Origin: an uncultured Desulfarculus sp.
GTDB lineage: Bacteria > Desulfobacterota > Desulfarculia > Desulfarculales > Desulfarculaceae
DNA length: 64,000 bases
Assembly: GCA_963665125.2 (NCBI GenBank)
Contig: CAXXUK010000001.1
Location: forward strand, 2,592,001-2,656,000
Direction: 5' to 3'
The notes beneath the pieces were generated by a model. The model was given only the letters and a program-made list of their open reading frames with translations, was not told the DNA's origin and made no database searches. The position numbers and the translations under genes are program-made. Positions 9,611-17,622 of this stretch are shown here, one piece after another. Each line of letters starts with the position of its first letter. Position 1 is the stretch's first letter.

Positions 9611-12223
9611 ATGAAGCTGCCGTGGCGTAAAAAGCAAAAAGACGGTGCGGACCGGCCCAAGCGGTCGGCCCGCACCGCAGACTCAATGCCCGTCGGCACT
9701 TATCCCGAGGGGGCTTCCTGTCGTTTTTCCCTTCGCTATTCCCTCTTCAAGGGTCTGTTGGCCGACAACAACCGCGCCCTGGAAATAATGGCCGAACTGC
9801 AAAGCAAAATGCATGGCCAAAGTTCCTTTGACCGCGACTGGCTGCAAAGCCGGGTGGCCATGATGGCGCGCCACGTCCATGACATGGTGGCATCCCTTAA
9901 ACAGATGGGGCCCGGCCACTACGATGCTCTGGACACCGCCCTGACCCAGGTCAAAAACCGGATAAACCAGGCATTGCTCAAACCGATGCGCATGACCGAC
10001 GGCCCGGCCCTGGTCTGGTTTGAGGAGTTGGACCGCAGCCTCGAAAACCTGACCGGTGTAAAAGCGGCCAACCTGGGCGAAATGCTGTCGGTCATGGGCC
10101 TGCCGGTGCCCCGGGGGTTTGCCCTGACCGCATCGGCCTATAAATATTTCATGGACTTTAACCAGCTTTTGCCAAAGCTGCGCGATCTATTGGCCAACTG
10201 CGATCTCGACGACACCGAAAGCGTATTGGCCACGAGCAAGGCCATGCGCCTATTGGTCTTGGAGGCTGATCTGCCCAAGTTGCTGTCCGAAGAATTGCTG
10301 ACGGCAACTACGGAATTGAGCGAATACTCGCCCATAGGCCTGGCCCTGCGCTCCAGCGCCTTGATGGAAGACAACGAACCCGGCCTCGCCGGTCAATACG
10401 ACACATTGCTGAACGTGCCCCCCGAGGAAGTCCCCTGCGCATACAAGAGGGTGCTGGCCAGCCAGTTCAACCCCCAGGCCCTGCGCCGGGCATTTCGCCG
10501 GGATATGAAAATTGAAGACCTGGCCATGGGCGTGGCGGTCATGGCCATGGCCCCGGCCCAGTGCTCGGGCGTGTTGTATTCGCTCAACCCCAATGACCCC
10601 CAAAGCCAGGTGATGATGATCAGCGCCGTTCGCGGCCTGGGCTCGGGCGCGGTGGGCGGCACGGTTTCGTCTTCAATGTTCATCACCAACAAGCAGTCGC
10701 CCATCAAGCTGCTCATCGAAGACATAGTGCCCCAGGAAACCATGTTCGTTCCGGCGCCGGAATCCAATGTCTACGAGGTCAACGTCCCGGCCGAGGACGT
10801 CTCCAAGCCCTGCCTGAACCGGGAACAGGTTCTGCGCCTGGCCCAGTTGGGCCTGGAGCTGGAACAGCATTACGACCGGCCGGTGGACGTTGAATGGGTC
10901 TTGCGGCCCGACGGGGAATTGAGCCTGCTTCAGGTCCGGCCCCTGCGCATTATCATGAAGGACCTCACCCCGGCCGATTATAACCGTCAGGTCAGCGGCC
11001 ACCGGGTCCTGCTGCAAGGCGGCGTAACGGCCTCGCCCGGCGTGGAATCCGGCCGGGTGGTCCATGTGCAGGACGAAGACGAGCTTACCAAGGTCACCGA
11101 CGGCGATATCATCGTGGCTCCCAACAGCCTGCCCGAATACGCCTTGGCCCTTGATCATGCCGGAGCGGTGGTCACCGAAGTCGGCGGCGCGGCCAGCCAT
11201 CTGGCCGCCGTGGCCAGGGAGGTTCACGTTCCGGCCCTGTTCGGCGTGGAAAACGCCTCCAAGCTCCTTGAGGAAGGCATGGAGGTCACGGTGGACGCCG
11301 ACCGCCAGATCGTCTACGAGGGCAAGGTCGAAAGCCTGATCCGCATGCACAAGCGCCGTTTGCTGGCCCTTTCCGAGACCCCGGCCTTCCAGACACTGGA
11401 CAAGGTGCTCTCGGTGGTGACGCCATTGCACCTGACCGACCCTCGTTCGCCCGATTTCAAGCCGGAATCATGCCGCAGCATGCACGACATCACCCGTTTC
11501 GCCCACGAAATGGCCGTCCGGGAGATGTTCCGTTATGCCGAGGAAAAGCCCCACGAAACCGAGGAATGCCGCGACCTGGACATCTACCGCCTGATAGCCG
11601 ATTTCCCGTTGGAGCTGCTTCTGATTGATATCGGCGGCGGCCTGCGCAACGACGTCCGTGGCAATTCGGTTGTCATGGACCAGATCCTCAGCCTACCCAT
11701 GCGGGCGCTGGTCCAGGGTCTTGTGTCCATACCCTGGCGGGGGCCCGGACCGGCCGCGCCCGAAGCCCTGGCCAAGTCAAAGGAAACCAGGCTCAAGGAA
11801 GCCTCCCAGTACGCCACAAGGCCCAACTACGCCATCTTGAGTCTCAACTACCTCAATCTCTCATCGCGCCTGGGCTTTCACTTTTCCACCCTGGACACGT
11901 ATTGCTCGGACGAAACCAACGACAACTATATCCGCTTCATGTTCAACGGCGGCGGAGCCGACTCCGACCGCCGCAGAAGGCGGACAAGATTTGTCGGCGA
12001 AGTGCTGATGCGCAGCGGTTTCAGGGTAAAATTACACGAAGACCAACTTCAAAGCAGGGTGGACAAGTATCCCCGCGAGAGGCTCAAGAAAATGCTGGTC
12101 CTCATCGGCCGGCTGTGGGTCTACACCCGTCAAATGGACATGCTCATGTTCAGTGACGCGGTGGTGGACTGGTATATCGAGGAGTTTATGCGCCAATACG
12201 GAGTGGGCGACCAAGACGACTAG
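9611..12223 (+). CDS. PEP/pyruvate-binding (PEP synthase/PPDK-like) dikinase-family protein with atypical C-terminal domain
   Basis: ATP-grasp motifs GVKAANLGE, PVPRGF, RSSALMED, DVEW, LLQVRPL; phospho-His domain VTEVGGAASHLAAVARE; C-terminal LTDP...HDITRFAHE, RLGFHFS, FNGGGAD. Confidence 0.88.
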   Translation: MKLPWRKKQKDGADRPKRSARTADSMPVGTYPEGASCRFSLRYSLFKGLLADNNRALEIMAELQSKMHGQSSFDRDWLQSRVAMMARHVHDMVASLKQMGPGHYDALDTALTQVKNRINQALLKPMRMTDGPALVWFEELDRSLENLTGVKAANLGEMLSVMGLPVPRGFALTASAYKYFMDFNQLLPKLRDLLANCDLDDTESVLATSKAMRLLVLEADLPKLLSEELLTATTELSEYSPIGLALRSSALMEDNEPGLAGQYDTLLNVPPEEVPCAYKRVLASQFNPQALRRAFRRDMKIEDLAMGVAVMAMAPAQCSGVLYSLNPNDPQSQVMMISAVRGLGSGAVGGTVSSSMFITNKQSPIKLLIEDIVPQETMFVPAPESNVYEVNVPAEDVSKPCLNREQVLRLAQLGLELEQHYDRPVDVEWVLRPDGELSLLQVRPLRIIMKDLTPADYNRQVSGHRVLLQGGVTASPGVESGRVVHVQDEDELTKVTDGDIIVAPNSLPEYALALDHAGAVVTEVGGAASHLAAVAREVHVPALFGVENASKLLEEGMEVTVDADRQIVYEGKVESLIRMHKRRLLALSETPAFQTLDKVLSVVTPLHLTDPRSPDFKPESCRSMHDITRFAHEMAVREMFRYAEEKPHETEECRDLDIYRLIADFPLELLLIDIGGGLRNDVRGNSVVMDQILSLPMRALVQGLVSIPWRGPGPAAPEALAKSKETRLKEASQYATRPNYAILSLNYLNLSSRLGFHFSTLDTYCSDETNDNYIRFMFNGGGADSDRRRRRTRFVGEVLMRSGFRVKLHEDQLQSRVDKYPRERLKKMLVLIGRLWVYTRQMDMLMFSDAVVDWYIEEFMRQYGVGDQDD

Positions 12224-12310
12224 GCCGCCCGCACCGGGCCGGCAGCCTGCTGCAACTGGCTGTGGCTCCCGCCCCCAACCAAAGCACCTAAATATCAAGG
12301 GACGAAAGCC

Positions 12311-13735
12311 ATGATCGAGATCAACAACCTGACCCAACGGATCATCGACAGGGTCAACATCAACCTGCGGGAATTCGGATTCGACGCGGCTCCTTACGTC
12401 AAGGGGCTGATCAGTCCGGACAAATTCATCAAGTTTTACGCCTTTTACGGGTTGACCACCAGGCATCCGGTGCATTTCTCCTTTCTCAACAGCGCCTTGG
12501 CGGGAAGCTATTTCCTGGGCCGCTGCAACGTCGCCCACTCCATCCTGTACAAGACCGACGTCCGGGGCGACGAACTCAAACTCAAGGGCGATGCGCTCAA
12601 AGTGGGCGGCCACGCCATCCCCCTGCATGACGACGAGGAGATTTTCATCCGCGACAGCATCATGTTCAAAACCCTGGTGCACAACTTCAGCCACGACCCC
12701 GAGTCGCCGGAGGAATTTTTCATCATCAACACCACCAGCATGCCCTATGCAAATATCCATGGCGCGCCGTGCGAGGGCAGCTTTTTCGGACCCTTCGCCA
12801 CCGCCGACCTGACCACGGTCCACGACTGCGTCATCGGCGAATTTTCCTATGTGCAGACCGGCGACCTGATGCACGAAAAGGTGGACCCCGGCGTGGTCTG
12901 GGTGGCCTCGGCCGAAGGCGGATTCGATTTCCGCTACACCTATCCGCCCGAGGTGTTGTCAAAATACGTCAAGGTCAATCCGGGGTTCGAGCCCGACGGA
13001 ATCTTCACCAGGTTCATCGACCAGTACGAAGACGACTTCGAGGTGGTTTTCAACCGCACTCCGTTGGAGTCGGAACGGGAGGTTCCCGAGGGCGCGTCCA
13101 TCAGCCACTACTGCGTGATCAAGGGCGACACCCTGATGGACGAAAACGTGCTGGTGGCCCAACGCTCATTTGTAAAAGACGCCAAACTGGGCCGCGGCGC
13201 CAATGTGCAGGAAAACTGCTACATCATCAATTCCAGGCTTGACGGCTGCAACGTCACGGCCCACGGAGGCAAGATCATCAACGCCGACATGGGCCGCAAG
13301 TGTTTCGTGGGCTTCAACAGTTTCATTCGCGGCCAATATCAGTCGCCGCTTGTGGTGGGCCCGGAATGCATATTCATGCCCCACACCATCATCGACCTGG
13401 AGGAACCCCTGGAAATCCCCGGCGGAACGGCGGTCTGGGGCTACGTGCGCAACAAGGAAGACCTCCAGCAAAACAGCGTGTCCATCGAAGATCTGGCCAA
13501 AACCAAAGGCAAGGTGGTCCGGGGCAACATGGCTTTCGAAGGCAACGGAGGCTCCCTGGTCGAGGCCTTCAAACACCGCATCGACCATATCCTGGAAGCC
13601 AACGGCGCTTTTTATGACGGCGAGTCCGGCCGGGGCCACGCCCAGGACCATGAGCGGGTGTCGTTCAACATCCTCCAGCCCTTCCGCGAGGGCAAACGCG
13701 CCGGCATTTACCCCTCCATCAATATCAATCCGTAA
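12311..13735 (+). CDS. Hexapeptide-repeat (left-handed beta-helix) 'transferase' family protein
   Basis: Beta-helix-like repeats (VIKGDTLMDENVLVAQR, AKLGRGANVQENC, VTAHGG, CFVGFNSF); fourth gene of the operon. Confidence 0.7.
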   Translation: MIEINNLTQRIIDRVNINLREFGFDAAPYVKGLISPDKFIKFYAFYGLTTRHPVHFSFLNSALAGSYFLGRCNVAHSILYKTDVRGDELKLKGDALKVGGHAIPLHDDEEIFIRDSIMFKTLVHNFSHDPESPEEFFIINTTSMPYANIHGAPCEGSFFGPFATADLTTVHDCVIGEFSYVQTGDLMHEKVDPGVVWVASAEGGFDFRYTYPPEVLSKYVKVNPGFEPDGIFTRFIDQYEDDFEVVFNRTPLESEREVPEGASISHYCVIKGDTLMDENVLVAQRSFVKDAKLGRGANVQENCYIINSRLDGCNVTAHGGKIINADMGRKCFVGFNSFIRGQYQSPLVVGPECIFMPHTIIDLEEPLEIPGGTAVWGYVRNKEDLQQNSVSIEDLAKTKGKVVRGNMAFEGNGGSLVEAFKHRIDHILEANGAFYDGESGRGHAQDHERVSFNILQPFREGKRAGIYPSININP

Positions 13736-13742
13736 CACCGGT

Positions 13743-13768
13743 GGGGAGGCCCGTCACAAGGCCTCCCC
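13743..13768 (+). terminator. GC-rich hairpin ending the DASS operon (weak U-tract)
   Basis: ggggaggcc-cgtcacaa-ggcctcccc, 8 nt after the stop. Confidence 0.5.
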
Positions 13769-14068
13769 ATTGGTCAAACCACTGCCCTTCCAGGGCGCCC
13801 AGCGACTCTTGCCCGGCCTGTTTGACCGGCTCCGGCGAGGCGCCCATCGGCCAGGCAAACCGCCGATATTGCCTGGACCGTGCGGCGACCGTGCGCAACG
13901 GCTCTATTATGTTGCCAACCATATTTGATTAAGGCTACCTTGGGTAAATTCACGGCCGACACGGGCATTCTCCATGGCGGTGATGTACTGATTGGCTTTT
14001 CCCGGCGAGCATGGCCCACCCGAAAACACTAACGAGCTTCCGCTAGGCGGATGCCGGATGGGGGCATT

Positions 14069-14401
14069 ATGAGCAGAAAAACATTAGTCGCGGTTATTTC
14101 AACGGCTCTTCTGGCGGTGGGTTGCCTGTCCGGCATGGCCTGGGCCGACTGCCCGGACAAAGTTAACTGCAAGTATCCGGCAGGTGTCACGGTCCACGAC
14201 GGCACTTATAAAACCGCCGGGACGATTGACAACATACCTACCTGCTACAAATTCAGCCACGGCTGCCGCCCCTGGCATTGTGACGGCAGATACAAAAACA
14301 CCAACCGGGAATACTGGACAAACAAGTGCAGGGAGAGGTTCTCCAATTGCTCCGCGGGAAACAACTGTACGGCCTATTTCCCAGGCGCGCCCAACCAATA
14401 A
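14069..14401 (+). CDS. Small secreted cysteine-rich protein (8 Cys in mature part)
   Basis: Signal peptide MSRKTLVAVISTALLAVGCLSGMAWA|DCPD; own terminator downstream. Confidence 0.75.
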   Translation: MSRKTLVAVISTALLAVGCLSGMAWADCPDKVNCKYPAGVTVHDGTYKTAGTIDNIPTCYKFSHGCRPWHCDGRYKNTNREYWTNKCRERFSNCSAGNNCTAYFPGAPNQ

Positions 14402-14421
14402 AGCGTCGAGCCGCAATTGAC

Positions 14422-14453
14422 AAACCCGCCCCCGGCAAGGGAGCGGGTTTTTT
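14422..14453. terminator. Intrinsic terminator between convergent genes
   Basis: aaacccgccccc-ggcaa-gggagcgggttt plus T-run. Confidence 0.75.
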
Positions 14454-14466
14454 AAATACGGCGGGG

Positions 14467-15255
14467 CTACTTGCCTTCCGCCAGGGCGCTCAGCAGCTCT
14501 TGCTCGGCCTGTTTGAACAGCTCCAGCGTGGCGGCATCGGCTTTGCCGTCCGCCTCGCGCTGGGCGAACGCCTGGGCCGCGGCCTGGACCAGGCCTTGCT
14601 TTGCCCGTCCCAAGGCCGCCAGCAGGTTTGCCGTTTGGGGGTCGTCGGCCAAGCCCGCATCGGTGGCGGCCGTCTGCAACTGCGGTCCGATGGCGTCCAG
14701 CCCGGCCATGGCGTCTTTGAAAACCTGTTTTTGATCCGCCGGGCCGCCCGATGCATAATACAAACCGCTGATTCCGGCTATGGTCAGGTGCATCTGGTAT
14801 TCCATGAGGTCGACCAGTAGATCGCCTTGGGCCACTGCATCCTGGGGCTGCTGGTCCGAGGCCTCCTGGCCGTCGACAGCCTCCTGCATGGCATTGTCCA
14901 ATTTATCTGAGGCGTCCTGGAAGGCCCTGGCCTGGAGTCCCAGATCGGCATCGTTGTCCACGTATCCGTTGAACATCTTTTTAGCCGCCCGGCCCACCTC
15001 TTCCCGGCGTTTTTTCAGCACCGCGGCCATATGGCGGTCGCCTTTTTTGCTGAACTCCGCGATGGCCTGATCAACCTCCTTCATTTTTTCCAGGTATTTG
15101 TCCCGCGAGCCGGAATCCCCGGTGTAGACATAGGCCAAGGCGTCCTCGCTGGCGTCCAGAAGCAACTGATTGGCCTGGTCCATGGTGGTGGCCCAGGCTG
15201 AAGCGACGGCAAGCAACAAGCACAGCGCCGCGATCGTGCGGACTACGGTCTTCAT
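14467..15255 (-). CDS. Secreted all-helical hypothetical protein
   Basis: Signal peptide ending ASAWA; GGGAGG RBS; two similar helical halves. Confidence 0.75.
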   Translation of the reverse strand: MKTVVRTIAALCLLLAVASAWATTMDQANQLLLDASEDALAYVYTGDSGSRDKYLEKMKEVDQAIAEFSKKGDRHMAAVLKKRREEVGRAAKKMFNGYVDNDADLGLQARAFQDASDKLDNAMQEAVDGQEASDQQPQDAVAQGDLLVDLMEYQMHLTIAGISGLYYASGGPADQKQVFKDAMAGLDAIGPQLQTAATDAGLADDPQTANLLAALGRAKQGLVQAAAQAFAQREADGKADAATLELFKQAEQELLSALAEGK

Positions 15256-15366
15256 TGGCGGCCTCCCAAGGCCCGAGTGTTATTAGTGACAGCCCCGGAC
15301 AACCCATAGGCAGGCTGCCGGGGTGCATGCATGTCTTGATTTTAAATCACGGCCGTCGAGGCGGGT

Positions 15367-15400
15367 AAAAAAAAGAAAGGACACCGGGCGGTGTCCTTTC
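15367..15400 (-). terminator. Terminator of glutamate synthase gene
   Basis: Minus strand gaaaggacacc-gccc-ggtgtcctttc followed by T8. Confidence 0.88.
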
Positions 15401-15493
15401 CAGAGGCGAAACGTCAGCGGATTCGCTCGATGGGATGGGTACGTCCGGAGCCGGTGGCGGCCGGCCCCGGACGGTAGGAATGCAGTCTTTTAC

Positions 15494-17104
15494 TTAGCCC
15501 ACGGCCACCTTGGTCCAGTCCTTGCCGTCGATAACGGCCAGGGCCTCTTCACGGTAGGCGTCCATGACATAGGGCAGGCCGGTGACCTTGGAGGCCTGCT
15601 CGGTGAGGCAGCACAGGTCCTTGCGGGTGATCAGGTCAGTGCGCCACTTGCGGGCGCCGGCCATCAACTGCTGCAGGCCGACCCGGAGCTTCTCGCCGGC
15701 GCTGTAGATGCCGATGGCGCCCAGGGGGATATTGCTGATCTCGGAGCCGAACTTGCCCTTGAGGTCTTCGTAGCTCACGAAAATCTCTTCCCTGGTCGTG
15801 CCGTACTTGCTCACGGTGCTGGGCAGGCCGCCGTCCTCACCATTGAGCCACTTGTCGATGTTCTTGCCGACCATGCCGGGGATCATCAAAGCGCGGCCCA
15901 TGCAAACGGACTTGCAGAACGGGGCGCCCAGAGCCAGGGCCTTGAAGATGTGGTCTTCGGAGGAGAAACCGCCGGCGAAGGCGATGTCGGGCACCCACTC
16001 GCCGTTGTCGGCCAGGCGCTTGCACAGTTCGTAGGTCATGGAGTGCAGGTACAGCGCGGGAATGCCCCACTCCTCCATCATCCGCCAGGGGCTCATGCCG
16101 GTGCCGCCGGGGGCGCCGTCGATGGTCAGCAGGTCGATCTTGGCCTGGGAGGCCCACTTGATGCTCATGGCCAGTTCGCGCATGGGGTATGCGCCGGTTT
16201 TGAGGGTTACGCGCTTGGCGCCCAGGTTGCGCAGTCGCTCGACTTCCTTCATGAAGCCTTCTTCGTCAACAAAGCCCAAACGGCTGTGACGCTCGAATTC
16301 CTTGATGGCGCCGGCCTTGAAGGCCGCCTGCATGGCCGGATTGTCCGGGTCGGGGGTGACGATGTAGCCGCGGCGCTTGAGTTCCTGGGCCCGCTCGATG
16401 CTGCTGACCTTGATCTCGCCGCCGATGCACTTGGCACCCTGGCCCCACTTGAGCTCGATGGTTTCCACACCCAGCTTGTCGACAACGTATTCGGCAACGC
16501 CCAGGCGGGTGTCTTCAACGTTCATCTGCACCAGGATGTCGCCGTAGCCTTCATGATAGCGGCGGTACAGTTCCACGCGGCGCTCCATGTCGGGGGCTTT
16601 TTTCACCTTGCCGTTGTTGTCGAACTCCAGAGCCGGGTCGATGCCGCAGACGTTCTCGCCGCAGACCAGGCTGATGCCGGTGATGGCCGCGCCGATGGCG
16701 AAGTGTTCCCAGTTTTTGCGGGCGATCTCGGTGGAGCCCAGCGCGCCGGTGAACATGGGGATCTTCTGCTTTACCTTGTCGGTGACGCCGAAAGAGCACT
16801 CGGTGCTCACCGTGGGGAACGTGGCGTGGTCCGGGTCGGCCTGGGTGCCTTCGGCGCCGAGGGCGTAGCCCATGATCTGCAGGTGGCTGTAGTCTTCCGG
16901 GTAATCCTTGTCGGCGCCGGCGGTGACATCGCCGAACGGGCCGGGGTACAGCAGCTCACGACCGCGGAAGGTGGCCTGAAAGAGGTCACAGTTACCCTTG
17001 CAGCCGTCAACGCAACGGGTGCAAAGGCCGGACTGGGGGGCGACGCTGCGGGAGCGGTTTTTACTCTGCAGGGCTTCATTGGAATTGGGACGGTTCAAGT
17101 TCAT
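15494..17104 (-). CDS. FMN-binding glutamate synthase family protein (stand-alone GltB FMN domain)
   Basis: IELKWGQGAKCIGG, LTIDGAPGGTGMSP, FKALALGAP, MGRALM; N-terminal CTRCVDGCKGNC; AGGAG RBS. Confidence 0.9.
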   Translation of the reverse strand: MNLNRPNSNEALQSKNRSRSVAPQSGLCTRCVDGCKGNCDLFQATFRGRELLYPGPFGDVTAGADKDYPEDYSHLQIMGYALGAEGTQADPDHATFPTVSTECSFGVTDKVKQKIPMFTGALGSTEIARKNWEHFAIGAAITGISLVCGENVCGIDPALEFDNNGKVKKAPDMERRVELYRRYHEGYGDILVQMNVEDTRLGVAEYVVDKLGVETIELKWGQGAKCIGGEIKVSSIERAQELKRRGYIVTPDPDNPAMQAAFKAGAIKEFERHSRLGFVDEEGFMKEVERLRNLGAKRVTLKTGAYPMRELAMSIKWASQAKIDLLTIDGAPGGTGMSPWRMMEEWGIPALYLHSMTYELCKRLADNGEWVPDIAFAGGFSSEDHIFKALALGAPFCKSVCMGRALMIPGMVGKNIDKWLNGEDGGLPSTVSKYGTTREEIFVSYEDLKGKFGSEISNIPLGAIGIYSAGEKLRVGLQQLMAGARKWRTDLITRKDLCCLTEQASKVTGLPYVMDAYREEALAVIDGKDWTKVAVG

Positions 17105-17183
17105 TAGTATCTCCTAGCTTATGCGGCAAAACTGCCGTGTTTGCTATGAGGCTGCACTGTTTTTCGACACATGCTGCCTACTT

Positions 17184-17242
17184 CATTTAAACTTAAATGC
17201 AACGATTGTCATAATTTCTAATAAATGATCTGGTTTTGTCAA
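17184..17242 (-). promoter_or_regulatory. Probable sigma70 promoter and palindromic operator upstream of glutamate synthase
   Basis: TTGACA (17242-17237) -16 nt- TAGAAA on minus; perfect palindrome CATTTAA-AC-TTAAATG at 17184-17199. Confidence 0.5.
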
Positions 17243-17418
17243 TATTAAATTAGCTGTTATTAATTTAATAACCTGCTGCAATTACGACTAATTTTTCATT
17301 TTACCCGGCAATATAGGTTTTTATATAGTTACAATATTAGTAGACATTATTCGCTTTATTACGGCATTTTTGCCGTATTTATCGGCTATTTTATGCCTTT
17401 TGCCGTCACAAAGTAAAT

Positions 17419-17465
17419 TATGCAAAATTGCACTTTATTAGCTAAATATAGTGCAATTTTGCATA
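17419..17465. repeat. Perfect 16-bp inverted repeat in AT-rich intergenic region
   Basis: tatgcaaaattgcact (17419-17434) / agtgcaattttgcata (17450-17465), 15-nt spacer. Confidence 0.85.
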
Positions 17466-17563
17466 TAGTAACTATTTCATTGGTACAAGCTAACTATCTT
17501 GACTATCGGTATGCCTAACAGGAGGGATAACAAACTAAGCGTTTGAGGTGATTATGCAAAATT

Positions 17564-17600
17564 AAAAACCGAGGCTTTCGGTTAGCCTCGGTAATTTTTT
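17564..17600. terminator. Terminator of the XRE regulator gene (possibly bidirectional)
   Basis: A5-ccgaggct-ttcggtt-agcctcggt-aa-T6. Confidence 0.78.
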
Positions 17601-17622
17601 GGCGATCTATTCTTAGTTAAAC

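Noticed and set aside
13845..13915. Possible c-di-GMP-I riboswitch (GGCAAAC) upstream of the Cys-rich gene
   Set aside because: No GNRA-capped P2 or GACGCAAAG segment; only a simple ccaggcaa/ttgcctgg hairpin
15323..17107. 594-aa plus-strand ORF (and similar long antisense ORFs at 2099-3559, 21051-22364, 46005-47354, 47552-48967)
   Set aside because: Shadow frames opposite well-supported genes; expected from high GC3 codon bias; no recognisable motifs
17545..17565. GAGGTG-ATG CAA AAT TAA (Met-Gln-Asn) minigene as nitrogen-sensing leader
   Set aside because: Wrong strand to lead glutamate synthase and the sequence is better explained as a copy of the ATGCAAAATT operator arm
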